Assembly (NCBI GenBank): GCA_035263105.1
Contig: DATFRO010000021.1
Span: forward strand, 41,254-105,253
Length of the DNA stretch: 64,000 bases
From: Steroidobacteraceae bacterium
GTDB lineage: Bacteria; Pseudomonadota; Gammaproteobacteria; Steroidobacterales; Steroidobacteraceae
Direction: 5' to 3'
Part shown: in pieces, positions 18,181-31,180 of the stretch
Layout: each line of letters starts with the position of its first letter
How positions within the stretch are numbered: the first letter of the stretch is position 1
Program-made: the position numbers and the translations under genes
The notes under the pieces: model-generated
What the model was told of the DNA's origin: nothing
Database searches by the model: none
What the model saw: only the letters and a program-made list of their open reading frames with translations

Positions 18181-18756
18181 ATGAGACGATCATTCACTCT
18201 CAGTACGGCAACGGCGCTGATCAGCGCCCTGTTGATCGTGGCGTGCTCGTCGACACCGACACAACGCAGCGCCGGCGAGACCGTCGATGACGCCACCCTG
18301 ACCGGCAAGGTCAAGGCCGCGCTCGTCGACAACGACCTCGTCAAGGCGGGCGAAGTCAACGTCGACTCGTACCGCGGCGTGGTGCAGCTCAACGGCTTCG
18401 TCGGCACGCAGGCGGAGAAGAGCGCGGCGAGCAAGGCGGCGCAGTCGGTGAAAGGCGTGAAGGAAGTGCGCAACAACCTCGAGGTCAAGTCGGTCGCGAT
18501 GGCCAATGCCGATGCGGATCGCTCCGCGGGGCAGGTCGTGGACGATGCGACCATCACCGCGAAGGTGAAGACGGCGCTGATCGAGGACAAGACGACCAAG
18601 GCCCACCAGATCAACGTCGACACCAGTTCCGGCATCGTGGAGCTCGGTGGCTTCGTCGACTCGCAGGAGGCCAAGGACCGCGCCGGTGAAGTGGCGCGTT
18701 CGGTGAAGGGCGTGAAGGACGTGAAGAACGACCTGCAGCTCAAGCCGAAGCCCTGA
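18181..18756 (+). CDS. BON-domain (OsmY-like) periplasmic lipoprotein, two BON domains
   Basis: Lipobox LIVAC. Twice repeated DDATLTGKVKAAL ... VDSYRGVVQLNGFV ... AKSVKGVKEVRNNL. Confidence 0.85.
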   Translation: MRRSFTLSTATALISALLIVACSSTPTQRSAGETVDDATLTGKVKAALVDNDLVKAGEVNVDSYRGVVQLNGFVGTQAEKSAASKAAQSVKGVKEVRNNLEVKSVAMANADADRSAGQVVDDATITAKVKTALIEDKTTKAHQINVDTSSGIVELGGFVDSQEAKDRAGEVARSVKGVKDVKNDLQLKPKP

Positions 18757-18794
18757 TCGCGACAGCAACTCACAAAGACGATGTCGAAACTCGA

Positions 18795-18824
18795 GCCGGC
18801 GGGGTCGAAGAGGGCCCCGCCGGC
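18795..18824 (+). terminator. intrinsic-terminator-like hairpin after the BON gene
   Basis: GCCGGCGGGG (18795-18804) pairs with CCCCGCCGGC (18815-18824) and is followed by TT. Its presence argues that the AI-2E gene starts at 18886, not 18781. Confidence 0.55.
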
Positions 18825-18885
18825 TTCGACGTTATGGGGTAGCCAGCGCGTGGCGCCCGCGTCTCACGAGCCGGTGCGGGAGGGT

Positions 18886-20079
18886 TCGATGCAAGAGATC
18901 GACCGGACGTTTTCCGCTCCACGACAACGCAATGCGGGCAAGGTCGCACTGATCGTTCTTGCCGTGATTGCAGTGATCGCGGCGTTGCACCTGGGGCGCG
19001 AAGTGACGATGCCGATCGGGCTGGCCTTGTTCTTCGCCGTGATTCTCTCGCCTGCTGTCGAGCGTTTGCGCCGCATGGGCCTGCGCAATGGCATCGCGGC
19101 GGCGCTGGTGATGCTCATGGTCGTTGCGGCGCTCGCCACGCTGGTGCAATTCATCAAGGACCCGGCGCGCGCCTGGTTCGAGCGCGCGCCGAGCGTGCTC
19201 ACCGACGTCGAGAAAAAGCTGCGACCGCTCCAGCAGGTCGCGACGCGCATCGATAGGGTCGCGGCGCAGGCGGAACGCGTGACCGGGGCGACAACGGCGT
19301 CGACGCCCAACAACACGGGCGACTACCAGGGGCTGCTGCGCAAGGCGCCCGCCGTGGTGTTGCCGGTGGTCGGCGTCTTTTTCCTGACCTTCTTTCTCCT
19401 CGCCTCCGGGCCGCCGCTGCTCGCTCGCGTAGCGACCGGACGACGACGCACCGGCTCGGCGCGCCACGGCGTGATCGTCGTGGAGAGCGCGCGGCGCGAG
19501 CTGTCGCGCTTTCTCGGCACCATCGCACTCATCAACGTCGGCCTCGGACTTGTGACGACGGGCATTGCCTACGCGTTCGAGCTGCCCACCCCGGTGCTCT
19601 GGGGCGTGATGGCGGCGGTGCTGAACTTCATTCCATACGCCGGTTCAGCAACGACACTCACCGTCATCACGATCGTTGCGATCATCACGCACGACACGCT
19701 GACGCCCGCGGTCGGAGTGGCGCTGTCCTACCTCACGGCCGCCACCATCGAGGGACAGCTGGTGCAGCCGCTCGCCCTCGGCCGGCGCCTCGCGCTCAGC
19801 CCGCTGATCGTGTTCCTCGGCCTGTGGGTGTGGGGCTGGATCTGGGGCATCGCGGGCCTGCTGCTCGCGACGCCGATCCTGGTGACGATCAAGGCGGTGA
19901 GTTGTCAGATCAGTAGTTGGGGCCCGTTGACGGAATTCCTGAGTCCGTCGGCGGCGCCCGCCATTACCTCGAGCGCGCGGGCGTGGCGACGCGCGCGTCG
20001 ACGGCGACGTGTGCCACGGACAACGGAATCCGCCGCGCTCGCGGCGGCGGAAAGTGAATCGGAGACGACCCTCGTCTGA
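18886..20079 (+). CDS. AI-2E family transporter (PerM/YhhT-like permease)
   Basis: Multi-TM protein with the family-typical ...FIPYAGS... and ...LGLWVWGWIWGIAGLLLATPI... segments. GGAGGG Shine-Dalgarno before ATG 18886. Confidence 0.8.
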   Translation, partial: SMQEIDRTFSAPRQRNAGKVALIVLAVIAVIAALHLGREVTMPIGLALFFAVILSPAVERLRRMGLRNGIAAALVMLMVVAALATLVQFIKDPARAWFERAPSVLTDVEKKLRPLQQVATRIDRVAAQAERVTGATTASTPNNTGDYQGLLRKAPAVVLPVVGVFFLTFFLLASGPPLLARVATGRRRTGSARHGVIVVESARRELSRFLGTIALINVGLGLVTTGIAYAFELPTPVLWGVMAAVLNFIPYAGSATTLTVITIVAIITHDTLTPAVGVALSYLTAATIEGQLVQPLALGRRLALSPLIVFLGLWVWGWIWGIAGLLLATPILVTIKAVSCQISSWGPLTEFLSPSAAPAITSSARAWRRARRRRRVPRTTESAALAAAESESETTLV

Positions 20080-20125
20080 ACGAAGGCAAGGACTCGCCGG
20101 ATCTTGAAGCGCAAGGAGAGCAATC

Positions 20126-20716
20126 ATGCAGCAGAGAGCAGCGGTACAACGTGACACGTCGGTGACCTACAAGGTCCGTGAGTTCAATTTCTCGCGCGTC
20201 GAGGGCATTTCCAGCGAGGCGCTGCAGGATCACCTGACGCTCTACAAGGGCTACGTCGAGAACACGAACCGGCTGCTCAAGGAAATCGAACATGAGGGCG
20301 GCAAGGACGCCGAGCATCGCCTCGCGTTCGAGTTCAACGGCATGAAGCTGCACGAGCTGTTCTTCGAGACGCTCGGCGGGCCGGGCTCGGCGATGCGAAC
20401 CTCGGGCGTGCTGGCCGAGGCAATGGACATCAGCTACGGCGGCACGAAGGGCTGGCGCGACCGGTTCCTCGCGGTCGCCAGCACGCGCGGCATCGGCTGG
20501 GTGATGAGCGCGCGCGAGGTGGCGACCAACCGACTGCTCACGTTCTGGATCGACGAGCATCACTTCGGCCTGCCGGCGAACCTGCAACCGGTGATCCTGC
20601 TTGACTGCTGGGAGCACGCCTATCTCAAGGACTTCGGCGTGAAGGGTCGCGAGGAGTTCGTCGAGACGGTGCTCCACAACTTGAACTGGAGCGTGATCGA
20701 GAAGCGCTGCAGCTGA
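20126..20716 (+). CDS. Fe/Mn-family superoxide dismutase
   Basis: All four metal ligands appear in the expected order (DHL, KLHELFF, DCWEHAY). The N-terminal helical and C-terminal alpha/beta layout fits. Confidence 0.75.
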   Translation: MQQRAAVQRDTSVTYKVREFNFSRVEGISSEALQDHLTLYKGYVENTNRLLKEIEHEGGKDAEHRLAFEFNGMKLHELFFETLGGPGSAMRTSGVLAEAMDISYGGTKGWRDRFLAVASTRGIGWVMSAREVATNRLLTFWIDEHHFGLPANLQPVILLDCWEHAYLKDFGVKGREEFVETVLHNLNWSVIEKRCS

Positions 20717-20725
20717 CGGTCGCTC

Positions 20726-21241
20726 TTACAAGACCGCCTTCGTCATGTAGTCGACCGCGTTCTTCACCGACTGATCCGAGAGATCGGGACGCCCGCCGCG
20801 CGGCGGCATGACGCCCCTCGTTCCCTGGAAACCGCTGAGGGCGTGCGCGTACAGCACGCCCTTGCCCTTCGCGATCCGCCGGCTCCAGGCGTTCGGGTCA
20901 CCGAACTTCGGCGCGCCCGCCAGCCCCGAGCCGTGGCACGCGACGCAGGTCGACTGGTAGACGTCGCTCCCGTTCAGGGTGGTGCTCGCCGGACGGGCCG
21001 CCACCGCCACGGTGGAGGAGCCTTCCGACGGCGGCGTAGGCATTCCACTGATCGCGAGGCGAGCGAACGGCGCGGTGCGCTCGGCAACGGCCGCGAGGCG
21101 AGCGGGGTCATCCTTCAATATCCGTTGGTCGCTGCGGTGACCGATGATGCGTGCGGTCACGAAGAAGCCGAGGATGACGGCGTGCAGCACCACGGCGAGG
21201 ATCATGAAGCGGGTCCAGAAGCGTGCGTCCTGTGAACTCAT
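20726..21241 (-). CDS. membrane-anchored c-type cytochrome (cytochrome c5-like)
   Basis: N-terminal TM MILAVVLHAVILGFFV, heme motif CVACHG, and downstream GVMPPRGG providing the Met ligand. Confidence 0.8.
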   Translation of the reverse strand: MSSQDARFWTRFMILAVVLHAVILGFFVTARIIGHRSDQRILKDDPARLAAVAERTAPFARLAISGMPTPPSEGSSTVAVAARPASTTLNGSDVYQSTCVACHGSGLAGAPKFGDPNAWSRRIAKGKGVLYAHALSGFQGTRGVMPPRGGRPDLSDQSVKNAVDYMTKAVL

Positions 21242-21254
21242 GACCGGGGATACA

Positions 21255-21270
21255 AGCAATCCATGTGCCA
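21255..21270 (-). promoter_or_regulatory. sigma54 (-24/-12) promoter-like element directly abutting the cytochrome c gene start
   Basis: Minus strand reads TGGCAC-ATGGA-TTGCT, GG-N10-GC exact, intergenic. However the -12 element is only 14 nt from ATG 21241, implying a very short leader or use of the Met at 21205. Confidence 0.4.
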
Positions 21271-21302
21271 GTCGCACGGCGCGGGTTGCTTGAGTCGCGG
21301 GC

Positions 21303-22124
21303 GTGACCGATCATCCGCGCGTGAACGAGACATCGAGCGCCGCGGCATCCGGCGGCAGAATGCCCGCGCTGTTCGTCGGCCATGGCACGCCGCTGAACGC
21401 AATCGAGGACAATGCGTTCAGCCGCGCCTGGCGCGAGCTCGGCGAGCGCGTGCCCATGCCCAGCGCGATCCTGTGCGTCTCTGCGCACTGGGAAACGCGC
21501 GACGTCCATGTGACCGCGGCGCGCGCGCCGGTGACGATTCACGACTTCTATGGTTTTCCACGTGCGCTCTACGACATCCAGTATCCGGCCCCCGGTGCGC
21601 CGGAACTCGCGAGCCGCGTGGTGCGCCTGGTGCAAGGCGCGCAGGTCCGCGCGGACCATGCGCGCGGCCTCGATCACGGCAGCTGGGCGGTGCTGCGCCT
21701 GATGTACCCCGAGGCCAACGTCCCGGTGATCCAGCTGAGTCTCGACACCAGTGAGCCGGCCGCCTTCCATTACCTGCTCGGGCGCGAGCTCGCCCCGCTC
21801 CGTGATGAGGGCATCCTCATCGTCGGCAGTGGCAACGCCGTGCACAATCTCGCGGTGATGGACCGGGGGCGCAGCTCCGGCTACGACTGGGCGGTGGAAT
21901 TCAACGACGTGCTCCGCTCGCGGATCGCGGCGCACGAGGATGAGTCGCTCATCGATTACAAGACGCTGCATCCGGCATCGACGGCAGCGATCCCGACGCC
22001 CGAGCATTACCTGCCGCTGCTCTACACACTGGCAGTGCGCAGCGAGGATGAGCCGCTGTCCTTCTTCAACGACCAGGTGGTCCTCGGATCGATCTCGATG
22101 TTGAGCGTGTGGATCGGCCCATGA
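21303..22124 (+). CDS. ygiD: 4,5-DOPA dioxygenase extradiol (class III extradiol dioxygenase, YgiD family)
   Basis: MPALFVGHGTPLNAIEDNAFSRAW ... ILCVSAHW ... LDHGSW ... GSGNAVHNL. The track ORF uses a GTG at 21303; an ATG at 21360 is the alternative start. Confidence 0.8.
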   Translation: MTDHPRVNETSSAAASGGRMPALFVGHGTPLNAIEDNAFSRAWRELGERVPMPSAILCVSAHWETRDVHVTAARAPVTIHDFYGFPRALYDIQYPAPGAPELASRVVRLVQGAQVRADHARGLDHGSWAVLRLMYPEANVPVIQLSLDTSEPAAFHYLLGRELAPLRDEGILIVGSGNAVHNLAVMDRGRSSGYDWAVEFNDVLRSRIAAHEDESLIDYKTLHPASTAAIPTPEHYLPLLYTLAVRSEDEPLSFFNDQVVLGSISMLSVWIGP

Positions 22125-22867
22125 AAAAGAGCGAATCGTCGCGCTCGCGCGAACGCACCAGCGACAGCCACGTGCGCGTACGGCGCGCGTATTTCGATTG
22201 CCGCTTCGGCCAGCTCAACGTGCGCACCGCGTTCCCGGGCAGTGGCGGGTTCGATGAGCGCACGACGCTCCTGTGCGTGCACCCGGAGCGCGCGTCGAGC
22301 CGCGTGTTTGCCCGCTGGCTGCCGGTGATCGCGCACGATCGCTCGGTGTACGCGCCGGATCTTCCGGGCTGCGGGGAGTCGGATGCGCCGGAGCGCCAGC
22401 CCGCGATCGCGGACTACGCCGCGGCGCTCGGCGACTTCGCGAGCAGCATGCATTTTCGCCAGCTCGATGTGCTCGGCTGCGGATCCGGTGGCCTGATCGC
22501 CGCGGAGCTGGCGCTCGCCGTGCCACAGATCGTGCGGCACCTGGTGATCGTTCCGTCGGCTGCCGCCGGCGCCGATGGGCAGGCGGCGGCATTGCATGAG
22601 GGCGTGGCGGAGCTCCTGCACAACGGTCCGGCCGCCGAGTGGATCACCGCCGCAGTGCGCGAGTACCGTCCGGCCGAACGGCTGGCGCTGGTGAAGCTCC
22701 CCACATTGGTGCTGTGCGCCAGGGACGAGGCCGCGGAGGGTGGGCGCGTGCGTCAGGTGCTGCGCGGAGCACGGAGCGTGGAGGTCGAGCAGCGCGGCGC
22801 CGACCTGTTCGGCGCGGCCGGCCAGATCGTGGCGCAGAGGCTGCGCGAGTTCCTCGACGCTCGCTGA
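22121..22867 (+). CDS. alpha/beta-hydrolase fold protein
   Basis: LLCVHPERASS ... VYAPDLPGCGESD ... LDVLGCGSGGLIA (nucleophile elbow with Ser replaced in GCGSG). ATGA overlap with the ygiD stop. Confidence 0.6.
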   Translation: MKKSESSRSRERTSDSHVRVRRAYFDCRFGQLNVRTAFPGSGGFDERTTLLCVHPERASSRVFARWLPVIAHDRSVYAPDLPGCGESDAPERQPAIADYAAALGDFASSMHFRQLDVLGCGSGGLIAAELALAVPQIVRHLVIVPSAAAGADGQAAALHEGVAELLHNGPAAEWITAAVREYRPAERLALVKLPTLVLCARDEAAEGGRVRQVLRGARSVEVEQRGADLFGAAGQIVAQRLREFLDAR

Positions 22868-23055
22868 CCGGGCTCGAGCGGGCCGACGCCTGCACGGCGA
22901 TCGACAGCACGGATTTGCCTCGCCCCCGTCCTTATGTTTAGTCTGCTCTTGCCTTTCGCGGGTGGATGCGACCCACTGGCGGGAGGGCGGGCCGACCCTG
23001 GCGGAGTTCGGCCCGTACGAAAAGACCCTCGGCATCAGAAGGGGGCTCATCGACG

Positions 23056-25503
23056 ATGAGCACACGAGCAGATCGAAGTCAGGACAAGGAACACGATACC
23101 GACAGCACGGACCAGCTGCCTGCGCTGGACGTCGCAGCCATGGAAGCTGCGCAACGCGCGGAAGAAGGGCTGAGCAGTACGGATACCTGGGTGACCGCTG
23201 GGCCCGCCGCGGCGCCCGGCAGCGCGCCCGGCGCCATCTTCGACACGATCCGCACGCTCGAAGCGAATCTTCACGCCAAGTCCGAACACACCGCGAATCT
23301 CGAACAGCTCCTGACGCGTGCCGAGCGCGAGCGCGATGCGGCCGAGCGCCGGCTGCGCGAACGCGAGCAGGCGCTGTCGCGCCTGGAACGGGAGATCGAA
23401 TCGCGCGCCACGGCCCTGAGCCACGCCGAACGCCAGCGCCAGGAAGCCGCCGAAGCGCAGCACAACGCCGAGCGCCAGGCGCGCGCGCTGGAAAAGGAGA
23501 AGGCGGATCTCCTGAGCCGCCTGACCGATCTCGAGGAGGCGCGCCGCGGGCTCGGCGCCGATCTCGACGCACGCGGCGCAACGATCGCGCTCTTCAAGAG
23601 CGACCTCGCGGCACGTGCGGAGCAGATCCGCCTGCTCGAGCAGCAGCGCGATGGGCTCGAACTGGAAAAGGTGACGCTCGCTGACACGCTGCGAGCGCGC
23701 GATGCGCGCCTCGCGTTCCTGGACACCGAGATCGCCGCGCGCAACACGCAGATGACGGAGCTCGAGGGCGTGGTCTCGGGCCGCGACGAAACGCTTGCGC
23801 ACCTGCGCGGCAAGATCGAGCAACTGCAGGGCGAAGCGCGCGGGCTGCACGAGACCATCACCTCTCGCGAGCAACACATCCAGTCGCTCGACGACTCGTT
23901 GCGCGCGAAAGAAGAAGCGCGCCTCGAACTGGCGCAGGCGCTCCAGGTCCAGGCACAGCAGGCCGCCAAGATCGATGAGACGGTGCGCGCCAATCAGCAG
24001 CAGGTCGAAAGCTGCCTGGAAGCGTTGCAGAGCCTGGAAACCCGCCGCAATTTCTACGATGGCGAGCTCTTTGTCCGCGAGCAGGAGATCGAGCGCCAAC
24101 AGGCGCACGCGACGGAACTGCAGGCGGATGTCGCGCGCCAGGCGGGCGAAGTCGGCGCCGTGCAGGTGCAGCTGCGCGAGCGCGATGCGGTCATCGTGGA
24201 ATTGAAGGCCGAAATCGCCACGCGCGATTCCGCGCTCAACGAGCGCGCCGCGGAGCTCGGCCGCCTGCGTGCGGCGACGCACGATTCGGGCGGCGTGATC
24301 GCCGACCTCGAGCGGCGCGTGAAAGCGCATGCCGCGGAGATCGTGCGCCTGCAAACCGACCTCGCCGAACGCGATGCGCGCATCGCGAAGGGACTCGACG
24401 ATCTGCGCGACGCCGCTGCGCAGGCGCGCGAGCGCGAGCAGGAACAGCATGCGCTGAAGGCCGCGGCCGATGCCCTGCGCGCACAGCTCGCCGAGCGCGC
24501 CACCGAGATCGCAGCCCTGACCGCGGCCTTGCAGGCCGAGCAGAAGCGCGGCGCCGGCTTCGAGGCGGAAGCGGCGGCACGCACGCGCACCATCGCCGAT
24601 ATCGAGAGCCGCGGACGCATGCAGAACGAGCTCGCCGAGCAGCACGTGCGCGAACTCGACACGTGGAAAGAGAAGTGGTCGACCATCGCCGCGGCGATCG
24701 GCGAGAAGGAAGCGCGCCTCGCGCAGATGGAGACCGACCTGCGGGTGAAGAGCGCGGAAGTCGCGACGCGCGCGGAGCGCATCGGCACGCTGCAGAAGAC
24801 CGTCGACGACCAGGCGGAGACGCTTGGCGCGCTCGAGAAGGAGCTGCGCGAGAAAGCGGAGAGCATCGCGCGCCTCGAAGGCGACCTGCGCGCGGCGGAA
24901 GACTCCATGTTGCGGCTCGAGTCACAACTGCGGCAGAGGGCCGACCAGGGCTCGATCGCTCAGCGCACACTGGAAGAGCAGCGCACGCAGATCCGGCATC
25001 TGCAGGACACGCTCGCCACCCGCGATTCCGCGGTTGCCCGACTGGAAGGCGAGCTCAAGGCGAGCAGCGAGATCATCGGCAACATCCAGCGCGACATCCG
25101 CCGCCTCAGCATCGAAGCGCCGCCGCCGTCGCTCCCCGCCGAGCCGGTGGTCGCGCCGGTGCGCGAGGTCCCGGTGCGCGAGCCCGTCGAACCGGCCTCC
25201 GAGTCGCTCACGCGCCTGCTGGTGCGCATCGACGGTGAGGCCGAGATCGTGCACGTCATCAACAAGAAGACCACCGCGATCGGCCGCACCGACGACAACG
25301 ACATCCAGATCGACACCAAGTACATAAGCCGCCACCACGCGCGCATCGTGATCGCCGGCACTTCCACGGTGGTCGAGGATCTCGGCAGCACCAACGGCGT
25401 GTACGTCAACGATCGTCGCGTCAGTCGCCGTCACGCGCTCGAGGATGGCGACCTGCTGATCGTCGGCAAGACGCAGTTCCGCTTCGCGGTGAAATCGAGC
25501 TGA
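23056..25503 (+). CDS. large coiled-coil protein with C-terminal FHA domain
   Basis: About 700 aa of heptad-like Glu/Arg/Ala/Leu-rich sequence, then a canonical FHA: IGRTDDNDIQIDTKYISRHHARIV ... EDLGSTNGVYVNDRRV ... LEDGDLLIVG. Confidence 0.8.
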   Translation: MSTRADRSQDKEHDTDSTDQLPALDVAAMEAAQRAEEGLSSTDTWVTAGPAAAPGSAPGAIFDTIRTLEANLHAKSEHTANLEQLLTRAERERDAAERRLREREQALSRLEREIESRATALSHAERQRQEAAEAQHNAERQARALEKEKADLLSRLTDLEEARRGLGADLDARGATIALFKSDLAARAEQIRLLEQQRDGLELEKVTLADTLRARDARLAFLDTEIAARNTQMTELEGVVSGRDETLAHLRGKIEQLQGEARGLHETITSREQHIQSLDDSLRAKEEARLELAQALQVQAQQAAKIDETVRANQQQVESCLEALQSLETRRNFYDGELFVREQEIERQQAHATELQADVARQAGEVGAVQVQLRERDAVIVELKAEIATRDSALNERAAELGRLRAATHDSGGVIADLERRVKAHAAEIVRLQTDLAERDARIAKGLDDLRDAAAQAREREQEQHALKAAADALRAQLAERATEIAALTAALQAEQKRGAGFEAEAAARTRTIADIESRGRMQNELAEQHVRELDTWKEKWSTIAAAIGEKEARLAQMETDLRVKSAEVATRAERIGTLQKTVDDQAETLGALEKELREKAESIARLEGDLRAAEDSMLRLESQLRQRADQGSIAQRTLEEQRTQIRHLQDTLATRDSAVARLEGELKASSEIIGNIQRDIRRLSIEAPPPSLPAEPVVAPVREVPVREPVEPASESLTRLLVRIDGEAEIVHVINKKTTAIGRTDDNDIQIDTKYISRHHARIVIAGTSTVVEDLGSTNGVYVNDRRVSRRHALEDGDLLIVGKTQFRFAVKSS

Positions 25504-25531
25504 AAGCGCCCCTGCGCTCGAGCTCCCCGGC

Positions 25532-26836
25532 TCAGAACAGTTGACCCTGCCGATCCTGCGCATCGGCGGGCGGCCGCGTGCGCAGCGGTTCCGCGTGCGG
25601 AGACTCGCCGGGCGCCGCCTGCGCCGACTGCGGCACGACGATCGCCGCGATCTCCTGGACGCTCCGCCGCTGCACCAGCATGAAGACCAGCAGTGCGAGC
25701 AGGTTGCAGCCGAGCACGGTGAACGCCAGCGGGTAGGGGCTGGGATTGGAGATAGCGGCCACGAGCTGCACGGCGGACGCCGAAACGATCAGCTGCAGGA
25801 AACCCGTGAGCCCGGAAGCGGCGCCCGCGATGTCGGGGCGCACGCCGATTGCGCTCGAGGTGGCGTTCGGCGCGGAGATCGCGTTGGCGAAGCACACCAG
25901 CATCGCGGGAAGAAAGAGCGCGGCGGGGTGCCAGATGTGAAGCAGCGCGAACATCGTGAGCAACAGGCCGCCCGTCAGCGACAGGATCGAGCCGGCGCGC
26001 ATCATGCGCAGCGCCCCCATGCGCCGTGACAGGCGCGCGGCGGTGAAAAAGCCCGCGAACGAGGCGCCGGCAGGCAGCATGAAGAGCAGGCCGTAGCGCG
26101 ACGGAGACATGTGCAGCACGTCGATCGCGACATGCGGCGCGCCGGCGATGAACGTGTACACGGCGGCGAACAGGAGCGACCCGAACAACGCATACGCGCG
26201 GTAGCGGCCGGTGAGCAGGAGCTCGCGGTAGCTCTCGAGCGTGTGCGGACCGCGGCGTGTCGCAGCGCTCGCCCGGTGCGTTTCCTTGATGCGCAGCTTG
26301 GTGAAGATCAGCACCGCGGTGCCAAGCACGATGCACAGCGCAAAGACCAGGCGCCAGCCGGCGAGCTCCACCGCGAATCCACCGATGGTGGGCGCCACCA
26401 TCGGCACCACGAGGATCGCGGTCGCGGTGTAGGCGATGCCGCTCGCCGCACGCTCCGGGCCGAACGCATCCATGAGCGTCGCGCGCGCCACCGCCATGGC
26501 TGCCCCGCTCCCGAAGGCCTGCAGGATGCGTGCACCAATCAGGAGCGCGATGCTGTTGGCGAGCATGCCGGCGAGGCTCCCGGCGATGAAGAGCGAGAGC
26601 CCGGCAAAGATGATCGGGCGGCGTCCGAACCGGTCCGAGAGCGGCGCCACCATCACGTTGCCCGAGGCAATGGCCAGCATCGAGAGGGTGACGAGGAGCT
26701 GGGCGGTGCTGACCGAGGTCGCGAACTGCGCGCGGATGTCCGGGAGCGCGGGCAGGATCGCGTGCATCGCGAACGTGCCGAGCGATCCGATCGCGGCGGA
26801 GGCAAAGATCAGGCGGCGGGCGAGGAGACGATCCAT
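25532..26836 (-). CDS. MFS transporter (Bcr/CflA-like drug-resistance type)
   Basis: 12-TM profile, with the motif A-like PLSDRFGRRPII after TM2. Confidence 0.8.
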   Translation of the reverse strand: MDRLLARRLIFASAAIGSLGTFAMHAILPALPDIRAQFATSVSTAQLLVTLSMLAIASGNVMVAPLSDRFGRRPIIFAGLSLFIAGSLAGMLANSIALLIGARILQAFGSGAAMAVARATLMDAFGPERAASGIAYTATAILVVPMVAPTIGGFAVELAGWRLVFALCIVLGTAVLIFTKLRIKETHRASAATRRGPHTLESYRELLLTGRYRAYALFGSLLFAAVYTFIAGAPHVAIDVLHMSPSRYGLLFMLPAGASFAGFFTAARLSRRMGALRMMRAGSILSLTGGLLLTMFALLHIWHPAALFLPAMLVCFANAISAPNATSSAIGVRPDIAGAASGLTGFLQLIVSASAVQLVAAISNPSPYPLAFTVLGCNLLALLVFMLVQRRSVQEIAAIVVPQSAQAAPGESPHAEPLRTRPPADAQDRQGQLF

Positions 26837-26911
26837 CTGGCAGCGCGCAGTGTAAGGGAGCGGCGCGCTGTAGCCCAAAGGCGATTCTTGCTAACTTAAC
26901 CGCAGGGCGAG

Positions 26912-28444
26912 GTGTCGCGGGACGGCATGGACAACAACTACATCGAGAAGATTCTCAAGGCGCGGGTCTACGACGTCGCGATCGAGTCGCCGCTCGAGCC
27001 GGCTGAACGCCTGTCGCGGCGCTTGCGCAATCGCGTGCTGTTCAAGCGCGAGGATCTGCAGCCGATCTTCTCCTTCAAGCTGCGTGGCGCCTACAACCGC
27101 ATCGCCAACCTCTCGCAGACCGCGGCACAGCGCGGCGTGGTTTGTGCATCCGCCGGCAACCACGCGCAGGGCGTGGCGCTCGCCGCGCGCAAACGCGGCA
27201 TCCCGGCGGTGATCGTGATGCCGCAGACCACGCCGCACATCAAGGTGCAGGCGGTGATGGATCTCGGCGCCGAAGTCGTCCTGCATGGCGATGACTACGA
27301 CCAGGCGTACGAGCGTTCGCTCGCGCTCGAACGCGAGCGCAACCTCGTGTTCATCCATCCGTTCGATGATCCGGACGTGATCGCCGGGCAGGGCACCATC
27401 GGCATGGAGATCCTGCGCCAGCGCCCAGGCGACATTCACGCGATCTTCGTGCCGGTGGGTGGCGGAGGCCTGATCGCCGGCATCGGCGCGTACGCGAAGT
27501 ATCTCTACCCGCGCGTGAAGATCATCGGCGTCGAGCCCGAGGACGCGGCGGCGATGCACGAGTCATTGAAGCAGCGCCAGCGCGTCACGCTCGATCGCGT
27601 CGGCATCTTCGCCGACGGCGTCGCGGTGCGGCGCGTGGGCGAGGAAACCTTCCGCCTGGCCCGCGAGCACGTGGATGAGGTCCTCCTCGTCAACACGGAC
27701 CAGGTGTGCGCCGCGATCCAGGACATCTTCGAGGACACGCGCGCGATCGTGGAGCCCGCGGGCGCGCTCGCGGTGGCGGGCATCAAGCGCTACGTCGCGC
27801 GCGAGAATCTCACCGACGAGACGCTGGTCGCCGTGAACAGCGGCGCCAACATGAACTTCGACCGCCTGCGCCACGTGGCGGAGCGCTCGGACCTCGGCGG
27901 TCAGCGCGAGGCGCTGATGGCGGTCGAGATTCCCGAGCAGCCGGGGAGCTTCCTCAAGTTCTGCGAGCTGCTCGGGCCGCGCAGCGTCACGGAGTTCAAC
28001 TACCGCTACGAAAGCAGCGAGCGCGCGCAGATCTTCGTCGGCTTCTCATTGTCGCAGGGGAAGGAAGAGAAGGAAGCCGTGATGCGGGCAGTGGCGGCGG
28101 GTGGTTTTGCGGTCAACGACATGACCGACAACGAGATGGCGAAGTTGCATGTGCGGTTCATGGTCGGCGGCCATGCGCGCGGCATCGCCAACGAAGTGCT
28201 GTACCGCTTCGAGTTCCCGGAGCGGCCGGGGGCGCTCCTCAAGTTCCTGCGCGCCATCGGCAGCAACTGGAACATCAGCCTGTTCCACTATCGCAATCAC
28301 GGCTCGGACTACGGGCGCGTGCTCGCGGGAATCCAGGTACCGCCTGCCGAGCGCGCGCAGTTCCTCGATCACATCAACGAACTGCACTACCCGTACACGG
28401 ACGAGACTGCGAACCCGGCCTACCGGATGTTCCTCGGCGCGTAG
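26912..28444 (+). CDS. ilvA: biosynthetic threonine ammonia-lyase (threonine deaminase)
   Basis: Collinear with E. coli IlvA: FKLRGAYN (PLP Lys), ASAGNHAQGVA, VPVGGGGL, and tandem C-terminal ACT-like regulatory domains ending NPAYRMFLGA. ATG 26927 is the alternative start. Confidence 0.95.
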   Translation: MSRDGMDNNYIEKILKARVYDVAIESPLEPAERLSRRLRNRVLFKREDLQPIFSFKLRGAYNRIANLSQTAAQRGVVCASAGNHAQGVALAARKRGIPAVIVMPQTTPHIKVQAVMDLGAEVVLHGDDYDQAYERSLALERERNLVFIHPFDDPDVIAGQGTIGMEILRQRPGDIHAIFVPVGGGGLIAGIGAYAKYLYPRVKIIGVEPEDAAAMHESLKQRQRVTLDRVGIFADGVAVRRVGEETFRLAREHVDEVLLVNTDQVCAAIQDIFEDTRAIVEPAGALAVAGIKRYVARENLTDETLVAVNSGANMNFDRLRHVAERSDLGGQREALMAVEIPEQPGSFLKFCELLGPRSVTEFNYRYESSERAQIFVGFSLSQGKEEKEAVMRAVAAGGFAVNDMTDNEMAKLHVRFMVGGHARGIANEVLYRFEFPERPGALLKFLRAIGSNWNISLFHYRNHGSDYGRVLAGIQVPPAERAQFLDHINELHYPYTDETANPAYRMFLGA

Positions 28445-28447
28445 CCC

Positions 28448-31180
<2,733 letters not shown>

